Source: Klebsormidium nitens
Taxonomy: Eukaryota > Plantae > Klebsormidiophyceae
DNA: 64,000 bases
Direction: 5' to 3'
Assembly (NCBI GenBank): GCA_000708835.1
Contig: DF237058.1
Coordinates: 62,001 to 126,000 of the forward strand
Part shown: in pieces, positions 13,451 through 24,500 of the stretch
Layout: each line of letters begins with the position of its first letter
Position numbering within the stretch: the stretch's first letter is position 1
Program-made: the position numbers and the translations under genes
Notes under the pieces: model-generated
What the model was told of the DNA's origin: nothing
The model's input: the letters and a program-made list of their open reading frames with translations, nothing else
Database searches by the model: none

Positions 13451-15365
13451 TCAAGCTGTCTTCTGGCAAGTCTCCTTGTGGCCTGCCTTCCAAGCCCTCC
13501 GCTGGCAATCTGCACAACACGTGAGGCATGATAACAGCTCTTCAGCAGCTTCTTTACAAGTATGACGCTTTCTGTTGCGAAACGTAGAAATCATTAAACG
13601 GTACGTATGAGTGCTACTGGTTCGAAGGTCGGCAATGTACATCGTATACCGTACACTCAAAGCTTGCAGAACTATCTTTGGCGGCTTTGATCCCGAGAAG
13701 GGAAATCAAAATCCCAACAGTTTCGATCCGTTTCGAGTTGGTTCCGCTTCGTCATTACAGGGCCGGGGTTTGCTGTTTCAGACTTTAGCAAAGTCTCGTA
13801 GAAACCCTCAAAGAAACCGAAAGCACTTGAAACAGATCCAGAGAGCGCAACCGACAGGAGGGGTGCCAGGATGGGCAAAGCATCGTGAAGATTCCTCCTT
13901 GCAATTTCCACGGAACGTCTGACGCGGGTAAAGAATCCTCAAGATGGCGCTTTGGGAGCGTGAGACTCCAACAGATCCCAGAAGCCACCAGCTGGCGCGA
14001 TGTCTCTTCTTTTACGAGAAACCACAAGGACTCGTGAAATCCTCGTAAAGAAAGAAACAAGCGCCAGAAAAAGCTTCTTACCTCGTCCGCAATAGACCGC
14101 AAGCTTGCAACCCCCGCACGTCTGGAACTCCCCCGGTCTAGTTTCCGCCTTGTCGCACCCCGGCCCCGAGCACTGCGTCGCCTTCTTCCTGTCTGCCCAC
14201 TTGATTCCCATTCTCTTCGCCTCTTGCAATCTCTCTTTATCCTGCGCCCTTCCGAGGCCTTTGGGCGGATGAAACGCACGGTAAAGCGCCCGTCCTCAGG
14301 AATTTCTTTCGCGAGGAGCGTCCGCAGCTCGCGCGCGCGCTCGAGTGCAATGGAATCTGCATTTGCCAGTCTTTCCATGTCTTCGTTGATGGTCAGGCCG
14401 GGCGGGGAACACTTGTCCTCTGCAAGGGCAGCCGACGTGCCGTACTCGAGAGCCCTCGCTAGCAGAACCATTAAGGAGTACCCGTCATCGTCTAACTGCT
14501 CCGGACAAAGCACCAGGGCAAGAGCGGCAGACCTGAGGGCGGAGTTCGAGGCCAGGGGTTTTAGGAGGTACCCTTTAGGAAGCAGGCGGTCATGTTCGAC
14601 GCCGTGAAGCATGCTGATTGTGAACTTGATAAACATCGTATCGCTTGACTAAGCAAGGACCTTGCCCGCAAAGCGAAGGAGGTTGTCCTCCAGAGCCGCT
14701 GCTTTCAAGTAACTTCTCAGCGACAGAAGGAGATTAATCGAACCAAGAACCGTAACAGAGTCTTCGAAATGGTTCAGCGCATGGCGCATGACTGCGTTCA
14801 GGAAGTCCGCGCTTCTGCCAATCTGCTTGCACATAGAGTCGGCGAGGAAGAACTTGGGAAGCGCCGGGAGGATTGCGCGCCTAACTTTGATGTCAACTGG
14901 ACACAATGCCCTCTCTGCTGGCGTTAGCTCTTCGAGGAACAGCATTTTAAGGACAGCTGGCAGGCTTGGAAACTCTTGCAGGATGCACCTCACGGCGCGG
15001 GAATCCAAGGCAAGGCACTCGAGTGCTTTGATGCACACCTCAGACTGAATGAGAAGAACGTCAGAATCGTCTGGGCTGTCTCCCCCCACCACAAGCTTCA
15101 TTGGATCGTCCACGCACTCTTTCAGCCCCTCTGCGATTGGTCTCAGGAACCCCTTTTCCAAGAGCTTGGCGGCCGCATGCATGGTGCTCTCCGCAGGGTC
15201 TGGACCGACCAACTTTTTGAAGACACGCGTGAAGCGATCGAATGCCCACAGCCTTGTGATTACATCCTGTGATTGAGACTCTGCGAGGATCTCCTGCAGC
15301 GCTTGTTGAGTTGGTGCACTTAGCAGCTCAGGCTGTTCACTGGACGTGCTCTTAGCCCCGTTCAT
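13451..15365 (-). pseudogene. Helical-repeat + MYND family, copy C; TAG at 14649-14651 and a 1-nt deletion near 14248; exons 15365-14082 and 13509-13451
   Basis: VLA*SSD versus B VLAESSD. The first exon is 1284 nt, out of phase relative to 1285 nt in B, and the frame resumes as LQEAKRMGIKWADRKKATQCSGPGC. Confidence 0.88.
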
Positions 15366-16444
15366 CTTGGACACTCTAAGTGAGGTTTCACCAGAAACCT
15401 TCAAGCCGCTTTCCTGAAGGAGGAGCGCTATCTTTTCTGCCTAGTTGAGGCCCTTCCAGAACAGCGCCGCTCCCTTACTTCGGTTCAGCTAAGCTAGCTA
15501 AAAGCAATCTTCAATATGCGCCACCTCTTTGAATCTCTGTAGCTGGTTGGAGGAACTGCGCGAACGGCCTGAGTCCACACGACTGGTCAATCAGGAACTG
15601 TGCATGCTGAACATCTTCCAGCTATTGCCGTTGCTTCAAGATGCCCCTTCCACTGACATGCACTTCAAGGGCTCCACCTCTGCTACTCTGCTGAGGATAG
15701 GCTTTTTGCCTAAAGTACTTGAATGTCACATCAAAGCAGAAGCATCTCCTGCTTGCTGTCAGCGAGGTCAGTCACATCAAGCTTCGCCTTCCTTTGAAGA
15801 CCCGCCGATCGCGCCATATGCATAGCTTCCGGCCGGTCACAGCGGAATATGCGTCATTGCGTGCACCTGAACGCGATATACTGCATCTGCAAATGAGGGC
15901 CATGTGGCCCTGTTGGGATCAATCAGGCAGCGGCCAGGCCTGTGGAAATTTTCACCGCGGCAGCATTTGTCGAATTAGTCGGCCGGCCCGAGAGTGCGTC
16001 GTGAGTATATGAGTGGCTGCCTCGATTTCGTCGAAATGACGCACTCAGCTGACAGTATGACACCCGCTTCGTCCAGCCGGTGATGATAATCATAAGGTGA
16101 TGATGGTCGAAGCCCGAGAAGGCATGCTTCTGACATGACTCATGAGCCTAGGAGCCTACGGTAGGACTCGGAGTTGTACGAGGGAAGCGAAACCGGCGCC
16201 CCTTCTCGGCCCGCGCGCGTGAAATCGAAAGCTGGCCCGTGTTCAGGCTCACGAAACAAAGGTCCCCCCGGTCCGAGCCGGGGGGGCTCGGGGGGGCGGC
16301 AGCCCCCCGATCACAAGGTTAACAATCTGTAACAAGGGATCGGAAAGAATGTACCGGTCACAAACTCCGTAATGTAAATGACGTGAGTTTTTCCCAACTA
16401 GATTCTATAGATTTTCTAGTGGACACTTCAAAATCACCGTCGAC

Positions 16445-16543
16445 GGGCGTGTAGCTCAAATGGTAGAGCGCTCGATTCGCAATGAGGTCTTGATGACGTC
16501 ACTGGCCTTCGAGAGGTAAAGGGATCGATACCCTTCTCGTCCA
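16445..16543 (+). tRNA. tRNA-Ala(CGC) with a 26-nt intron at the canonical 37/38 position (16482-16507)
   Basis: Cloverleaf folded by hand: acceptor GGGCGTG/CTCGTCC with the G3:U70 Ala identity pair (one U6-U67 mismatch), D arm GCTC/GAGC, anticodon stem CTCGA/TCGAG with TT-CGC-A, T arm AAGGG-ATCGATA-CCCTT, discriminator A. Confidence 0.92.
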
Positions 16544-16545
16544 TC

Positions 16546-16550
16546 TTTTT
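16546..16550 (+). terminator. Pol III oligo-T terminator of tRNA-Ala
   Basis: TTTTT begins 3 nt after the discriminator base. Confidence 0.75.
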
Positions 16551-16645
16551 GCCCGACGTCTCGAGCACGCAGTGGGAAATTGATTGATACTGTTACATGC
16601 AACACGGAGTCCGGCCGGACCCAAACGGGGGGGCTGCCGCCCCCC

Positions 16646-16848
16646 NNNNNNNNNNNNNNNNNNNNNNNNNNNNNNNNNNNNNNNNNNNNNNNNNNNNNNN
16701 NNNNNNNNNNNNNNNNNNNNNNNNNNNNNNNNNNNNNNNNNNNNNNNNNNNNNNNNNNNNNNNNNNNNNNNNNNNNNNNNNNNNNNNNNNNNNNNNNNNN
16801 NNNNNNNNNNNNNNNNNNNNNNNNNNNNNNNNNNNNNNNNNNNNNNNN
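16646..16848. other. Assembly gap (203 N) with near-duplicated contig ends
   Basis: N run. 16565-16630 and 16849-16920 are the same sequence apart from small indels. Confidence 0.95.
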
Positions 16849-17639
16849 GCACGCATGGGAAATTGATTGATACTGTTACACTGCGAACACCGGAGTCCGG
16901 CCGGACCCAAACCGGGGGGGACCGTGCGCCCCCGACCCCCCCCCGCCTCCCTCACTTCCCGGTGAGAGTCAAGACTCGTTGATGCCCGGCAAGCTCAAAG
17001 GAAATAATTCTTGAAATGATTTAGAGGGGGGCTCTGCCGCCCCGCATAAATACCCTCTCCTCCCGAGACGCGCGAGAGCAGCGACCGGCAGAAAACACAC
17101 ATGAAGAATAAGCACGACACATGTACACATGTGCCAAACTATATTCTAAATAAACTTGATCCTCCACGCATGATCTCTAGCTTTCACATATGAGCATGCC
17201 GCGGCGGCACGAGGGCGGGGCCAAAAACTGAGCTAGGGCCGCGACGGTGCGTCATGCTGCTGGCTAGTTGCCTTCTCTCCCTCGGCTAGCTAGCTTCAAC
17301 ATGATTCTATCGGAGCGAGTGAATCGATATTATAAAATCTTCAACACACCACATCGCACTTTTCATTGACATCATTATGCTTAAACGGCTATGTACAAGC
17401 GGCCGCCTGCCCGCCAAAAGTGCCTATCGCAAGTAAACCTGAAAAACTTTCCGACAATTAAAACTATGGCTCTTTTGAACCACTCGGTTATATTGACCCC
17501 CAGGAATGGCACATAACTAGTGGTGGTTTGCAAAAAGCCTCTCTGAAGCATCAGCAGGATCCAAAATCAGTGAGCCGCTAGCGCCAATGCAACATGTTCC
17601 ACGTCTGCGAAATCGCTATCCCATAGCAATTGAAACGAA

Positions 17640-20600
17640 CTATTGAACAATTGCTATCGCTTCTACTTCTAGTCTAGCATCTAGTGGCAGCCGTGCTACT
17701 TGAAAGGTGGAGCGAGCGGGAGGGTTCTCAGGGAAGTCTGCAAGAAGTTTGAAGTGATGGACATGTCAAACTGCTCCATCATGAAACATGTGACAGAAAC
17801 CAAAAATACTAAAGAAAAACTCACGATGTTCAACTTTCAAAGAAAAGAGATACGAAGCTATCAGATGCAAGAGAGTGCGCGCCATTATCAGGCGACGTTG
17901 GCATCAGGAATATCTCGCGTGAGGAAAAGGATTGAGTCTTACGCTTGCCGTAGATACCATTCACTGTTTGGAAATCGGCCAAGTCCGCCAGCCTGCACCA
18001 ATAGAGAAACAAGGGACGAGATATCAGAAGCCGTTCTAAGTCTGCATACTGAAGTGCGTGTAACATCTGGCCTCAAATTGCCACCCGAGTCACAAGTGCC
18101 CTGGATCCCACAATCTCGCTTGCCGACCCAGGTGCTCTGCTAAGATCTGCCTACAATGACAGGGCATGGTCGAGTTGCTGCAAAGCCACCTCAATGACAA
18201 GACAGCTCAGTTAGATACGAGACTCGGCTTGTGATTCGCTCTGGCTACGCAACGAACACCTCATCGACATCCTTAGACGTGAAACTTGTCGCCAACAGTT
18301 TAAAGTCCTTCGTAGGCCCTAGAATTGAGGTCGAACATTCTGTTCGTCCAAGCTTTTAGCGTGTGGACTCCAACTCAAGAACGCCCCCAAGATAGAGACA
18401 AGCAGAGGCAGCGTACTCTGCAAGCCGTCTGTGATACATGCAGAATTTCACGAGGGCGGCAGCTGAATAGATATCAACCTTTGCTGTCAAAGTCTGCACG
18501 CCTTGAACTATAAAATACTTGGAACGAATTTGATGTTCAAAGCAGTGGCTGGGCCAGAATTCGTACGCCCACTCACAGGATCGTCGTTTTCACCACGTTG
18601 CTGTAGTCGCAGCCGCCAGCCTTCAAAATCTCCCCCATGTTCTTCATAACCTGGGGACAGAGTTATGGACAAGTTAGACCTCAATCTAGCAGGTGACTTT
18701 GCAGCTTACTCTGCTCAATCTAGTCGGTTGTGTTGATCCCAAACGACGTTCAGACCTTCATTACGTCTTTTCCATACAGTTGGCATCCTCCCTACTGGTT
18801 GGTCCAAGTTCGAGAAAGGAAGATGACCGCTTCTGATGCGGATGGAATCGGCCGTCATCTCGCTGCCATGTGGCACACAGTTCGCAGCAAGGGAACCGTT
18901 ACGTTTAACTAAAATTCTGACCCTGAGAGCATTCAGTTGTCTAAATAGAAGACACTGATGTCCCTGCGTAGAAAGTGGGCTCCGCAGATCTGTGTCCACG
19001 CGAAATTGACTACCTTCTTCTAGCTGTGGCGTATGCACTAGTCCCGCTTCAATAAGAAAAGCCCAGGGCTTTTCTTGGTTCAAGCGAGCAGCTCTAGCGA
19101 AAGTGGAGCCAAGAGTAGAGCCCACAAGTCAAGTGGCTAACTGTGCTCGCTTGACCATAAATCTCACAATTTCCGCCCCACTCACCTGCTCGGCTTGCTC
19201 GGCAATTGTCTCGCCGGCAAACTTCCCTGTCTGCAAGCAGATTTGAATCATGTCAGGTGCGGCAAGACTTTGCAAAAAGCAGACGATGCAACAAATCCGC
19301 ATCGTTTGACTTCTGGCTTCATGCTGTCTTCTTGTAGTTGTCTTTCTGTAAAACAAGATGAGACCCAAACAAGATGAGACCCAGAGCCTGAGTCACAATC
19401 CGATCTGTTGACAGACAGTTGCCTTATTTGCACCATGCACATCTGGTTGCAAAGGCTGGGATTACCAGGTGAACTCAAGTGCACTTGCTTTCCCACACAA
19501 CAGTTCTACTCGGCATGTGAGAGAGCAGGACCAATTGAAAATTGACAGCCGGCTTTGAAGCAGCTTCTAGAAAGAAGTTCAGAGAGCCCGCTTGCGAGTC
19601 AAGCACTCACAAATCATCAATTTACTGTGCTGCTTCAGCATTAGAGATGTTGTCATCATGGTCTGACTCTGCTCATCTAGAGAAAGTACAGAAGGGTCCT
19701 GTGTTCCAGGAGGATACTTGAAACCATGGATATACGAACGCACCTCAGGAATGAGGCCAAGGATCCCTGACAAGTAGAGCGTGTTGCCAGCTTTGATTGC
19801 TTGAGAGTAGGGTCCAAGCGCGGCAGGAGCCTTGTCTGTCTTCACCACCTCCTTGAGGGCAGCTGTCAGGACCAAAATAAAGAAAGTTTTCTTCTTGTTT
19901 GTCCGCTGAACTTATCCTGTGAGCTGCGCTTCTCAAGTAGCCATGTCATCAGAAGTCCTCAAAGCTGGTGGTTGTGCACACATTCAAAGAAGCAGAACAG
20001 TGAGTTACTTCATGAGTTTCTGACGAGTGGTGGGTGTTTCAAGGTGATCGGCACATGGTGAACATCAATGCTGTCTGTATCGATGCCCTTTCCCCGCTGC
20101 TTGGCAAACTTGCATTTCAGAAAGGAGAGCAATCTTTGTGGCATCTTGACGTTCAAACGCATCTGGTATAAGGCACCCAGCAAACCCTCAAAGTGCACCA
20201 CGCGCTGGCGCCAAATTGCCCTTGATAATTTGACTTAAGGCCACCAGACTAAAATACAAGGATGCGCATCTGATGTGTTTCAGCAGATTGGTTCTAGTGT
20301 GGCAATGTCAGACGCGATGAGTACGCCTGTAACCTTGACTGCTTCACTGCGCCTTTTGAGAAGGGTGGTCAACCTATGCCAACCAAATGCATCTCCGTTC
20401 TGATAAGAATTTCCAAGCATATGCAGCAATTCTGAAGACAACCACAAGAACCGCAGCAATCGTCTCCCACCTTGGGGCGCTGTCGACATCTTTCTCAACT
20501 CCAGCACTGCTTTCTGCTGCGTACGTACACCCGGAAAGTTTGTCAGAGGAACGAACGAAGAAGCTGGACAGAAGCCAATGTGGCTAATGGCAGCTGCAGC

Positions 20601-20681
20601 ACTTGATGACGATCGCGCACTTTGGAACAAGGGCCGGCTCAATGCAACGGAGGTGGTGGCGTGGCAGGCAAGAGCGGCCAT
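17640..20681 (-). CDS. RIDA: RidA/YjgF/YER057c/UK114 reactive-intermediate (enamine/imine) deaminase with a putative organellar transit peptide; exons about 20681-20531, 19862-19744, 19230-19186, 18650-18577, 17992-17943, 17737-17640
   Basis: Spliced: ..ALKEVVKTDKAPAALGPYSQAIKAGNTLYLSGILGLIPE|TGKFAGETIAEQAEQ|VMKNMGEILKAGGCDYSNVVKTTIL|LADLADFQTVNGIYGK|HFPENPPARSTFQVARLPLDARLEVEAIAIVQ*. The catalytic Arg (PARST) and C-terminal Glu are present. The first exon is Ser/Ala-rich. An extra small N-terminal exon cannot be excluded. Confidence 0.92.
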
Positions 20682-21586
20682 GTCCTGAGCTGGGATGGGA
20701 CGCAATAGAGCGCAAATCGAAGCAAACTTCAAAGATCTGCTGAAAAGCTCGCCCTTGAACCTCTCTTGAAAGATTGTCCTGGAACTTGGAAGCCTCATGC
20801 ATGAGGTCGAGGAACGATGAGGTTCTTGTGAGTCGGTGCGATCCCCCGGACGCAAGCAAAGGCAGTGATTAAGCTGACGGTTCTATAGGCCGGAACCCGT
20901 CCGTGCCTGGGGCTACAGATCGAATACCAATGGCCTAGGTTCTGGATTACCGGTATAGACGGTTCTTTCTTTACGGCATCTGCAACACCACTCCCGGCAC
21001 ACGGGTGCTGAACCGGTCGAGCGGCGAGGCCCTACCGCCGACCGGGGCCTACACTGTACGCCTGAGCCCTTGCTCCTCGCGGCGCCCGGGTTGTGAGGAG
21101 CAAAGTCTGTTCAAGCTCAAAAGGGGGGTCAGTCTTGGTTCAATGACCACCCCACCGAGCAAGATGCAATGGTACTTTCCTCGACATGACACTCCTCAAA
21201 GTCACCGTTCTCCACGCCATCGCGCTCCGATTTCGTCCGGTACCGCAGAGGCATCGGACCGTTTTTCGAACTTCAAAATTGTCGACAAGACTTGAGAGGA
21301 GAACCAGAGACAGTGTCACACAGAGTGTCGCACAGCTCTGGCTAGAGTCTAGCCTCTGCTGCTCTGGAATCTGGTGCAACTTGCAAGCAAAGTGTCCATC
21401 ATCATCATCTCTGTTTTGGGCCCAGGCTTCTTGAAGGGGCGGACCCGAAGGATGCACTCTGCAAAGCTTGGCTTCTGAACGCTGCTCAAGGTTGGAGGTA
21501 TCTTCAAAGAGAAGGAAACCTAAATGTGCGAGAGGCGGAAAACTGTACCAAGAGCAAGGGCCTTTGCTTATCCTTGTCGAGCTTGA

Positions 21587-24500
21587 ATGCAGCGCGTGCC
21601 GTCATCCGGGCGCTTGCCAGCGCTGACCATCAACACTGATCCTATGGAGCACAGGCGCAGTCCTCTCAAGCTGCCACTTCACAGCAAGAGAGCAACTGGT
21701 CCTGAGGATCCTGAAGGTGTAGAAAGCCCTCGGAAGAGACTGAGGTTTGACTTTGATGGCTGGAATGCGCAGCAAACCGTGAGCAAGATGGGAAGCTCGA
21801 TCAAGGAGAAGGTTTCGGAGAAGCTGGAGGGGCTTCATTGGCCGGGGGGGTGGCATGCCAAGCTGTTGCTGATTATTCTGGGGCTGCTGAGCTGGGAGAT
21901 TACGAAGGCGGCACTTGGCATGAGTAAGCAGTGCTTTTCTCCATTCAAGAGACAAGATAACAAATGCGCGAGGACTGCAATATGGTGGAGTTCTTGAGAT
22001 AGATTGGACACATCCAGGTGTGAAAAGATGAATGCCGCATCAGTAGTTCCTACTGAAAGACGTTCTAAGCAAGCTTGAAGAAGTTATCTGGAGTTACCTG
22101 CCATCAGACCAAACAAAGGGCTTGCGCTACTATTTAGAGTAGAAGCTCAACGCCTTTCTTTGTCGTCAGCATTAAACAGGTACTTGTTTACCTGCTATGC
22201 CAACAGTCACAAATACGCCCAGCATAGCTACTATACTTGCCTTGGCGAGCAATGCTGCAGAAGCAGAAGAAACACTAATACAGTACATTGACACAAGCAT
22301 AGTTCTTGGATCAGCCAGGAGGTCATCCCATAGGGTAGGGGCATTTATTATCGTAGGTAGTATAAACTATGATTGCGGTACTTGTGTCTGTCTTCCTTGA
22401 CATTCTATCAGCTGAGCGTGCTTTGCTTTTCTGCACTAATCAGCCTTTACCTGCTTGATGCACTCTCCTAGTGGAAGCGGCTGTGATTTGATCCCCAGGA
22501 AGATAGTCCTCAGCCAATGCAGTTATTAGTAGGAAGCTCACATTCTAAAATGTCATTCAGCATGGACGACCGAAACAGGACATTGATTCAGCAAGAGAGT
22601 CAAAAGCAGGAGGCTACGAGAAGAATCTTCTCGGAAAAAAACATGCATTAAATAGCCCTCACTTGTGAACACAAACTAGAGAAGGCAACTTTCTTCCTTT
22701 TTCCATGCACAGGTTCTGGCATGCTGGCACTCGGCGCTCTCCGCGAGGGCACCCTCTTCAGTACCCATGGCCGGTTGAGCGCTGAGCTCGACATGATGCG
22801 CATCAGAGCAGGAAACAGAAGTGATGCGCACCGAGGCGTGTTCAGCGAAGAGAAGAAGCAGCTTCTCAAGGTGATCGTGGGGCTGGAGGCGCAGAAGGAG
22901 CGACTGGAACGGGAGTCGCGAGAGGCGTCAGTACGGGCGTCTGCATTCCAGGGGGCGTACGAGAAGGAGAAGGAGAAGTCTGCGGCAGCAAAGGAGGTAA
23001 GAGGCTGAGCTGAGTGCGTGTGCTGAGCGATGATAGTGTGGTGAGAAAGGGCTGGTATGAGGAAGTTTGATGATCAGCAGGGGGGTTTGTTTTGAGTAAG
23101 CGCAGATATACCGCCAGCAACAGTCAAATAAAAGGTTATTCCGATCATACGAACACTTTGCCAGTTGTTCATAAACTCTCCTTCCAGCCCTCTCTGAGCT
23201 TCAAATCAGAGAAGACTGATTGTGAATTGCAGTGAAAGGATGAGGATGCGATGGGCCCTCATCAGCTATGCTTGAATGAAACGGAGATGACTGAGTTTCA
23301 GAAAATTTGTTCCTTATTGACTGAGAAGGACCGCTGTCTGGTCACCTTGTTGCCTAAGAGTGTCCACTTCTAGACCTCTGACTTTGAAATAGGTTCCTCA
23401 GAGTTCAAGCTTGATGTCATGAAAGAGGATCTGCCTTGACACGAAGGGGCCCCGCCAACTACCTGGGACTCTGCCAGGGGCAACAGAAGACAGCTCAAAA
23501 TGCAACTTATGCAACTTACATCTACCTGCTAAGCTCAAACCGACACCTGTCGTGCAGTTGGAGGACGAAGTGAAGCGACGGGCGCACGAGCTGCAACAGA
23601 CGAGAGCAGAAATCGAGACGCGGCGGCAGGAACTGGATCAGAAGATCGCTGACTTCAACGCCTCGGCGAACGACTTTACAGAAGCAGACACCCCCTCCGA
23701 GACCGAACCCTCCAGAGCTTCCACCTCAGAGGCCCTGTCAGAGACGGAGGCGACAGCCGGCGCACTCGGAAACAGTCCACACCTGCCGAAACAGGGCCTC
23801 GTTTTCGCTGAGGTGTTCGCGGTGGACGAGAGCCAAGTGAAAGAGGACATCTGGCGCATGATTGGGGACGTGCGCTTTGACGTGACGAACGCTGCGGCGG
23901 TGATGTATGCCCGCCAGCCCGCGACAGCCAGGGGGGTCAAGATTGCCAGGTAGACCCCCTCTTTTGAGCACACTGTATCTAGGTATTCCTAACATTCACA
24001 ACAGCTTTTTACCACTTTAGACGGGGACTTCGAGGATGCAGAACAGATGTCAGTCAGTTTAGCATCGGGTATTGCCAGATGCATTTGTTTCACTGAAATT
24101 GAGAATCTGTTTGAGCCGACATTGGTTCCGATGCTTGTGCCAAAGAGAAGCTGCACAGCTTTGATCCTTCTCTTGAAAGAACAACTGCATATCCTCCAAT
24201 ACTGGAAAAGAAGACTTGATGGCAGCGTCAATAAACTGGGATTGAGTGGATCTGTTTTGCAGCGATAAGATTCAGTCTCCGATTTTACTACGAAAACGAA
24301 CTACCAACTTTCTTCGAGTGCATAAAGAAGACGAGTCTTTCCTCGATCTCCTTCACTTCCTTTGAGAGCTTGAGGTCGTTTTTGTCAGCCGGCCCTCCCT
24401 CATTCTTCCTCGACAGTCGCTCCTTGTTCAGCTGCATCCAAAAGAGGATTTCCTGTGAATTGCAACCCCTCGGCGACCAAAGACTTCGCAGTTGGCCACG

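Larger units (their letters stand above)
6952..16200 (-). repeat. Tandem segmental triplication, unit about 3.2-3.3 kb (MYND copies A-B-C with flanks)
   Basis: Last-exon stops at 6952, 10104 and 13451. Spacer homology is visible between about 9300-10100 and 12600-13450 (e.g. gagttgccactgacacaacga; ggcatgatcttgactgtcg; ttgaatccgagacacttgaagt). Confidence 0.85.
16262..17045. repeat. Cluster of GC-rich hairpin motifs (GGGGGGC-GGCA-GCCCCCC type) around the tRNA and the gap
   Basis: Hairpin at about 16291-16308 (+), its inverted copy at 16627-16645, and variants at about 16914-16945 and 17025-17044. Confidence 0.55.

Noticed and set aside
8432-14651. Two independent GAG>TAG changes (copies A and C) suggesting TAG recoding or programmed readthrough
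   Set aside because: SF3A1, RidA and SNX1 all terminate normally on TAG. The replaced residue is Glu, not the Gln of algal TAR reassignment, and copy C also has a frameshift. Ordinary nonsense mutation is sufficient.
16565-16920. About 65-80 bp direct repeat on both sides of the N gap
   Set aside because: Differences are indels of the kind seen at low-quality read ends next to a GC hairpin, so this is most likely the same locus sequenced twice (overlapping contig ends).
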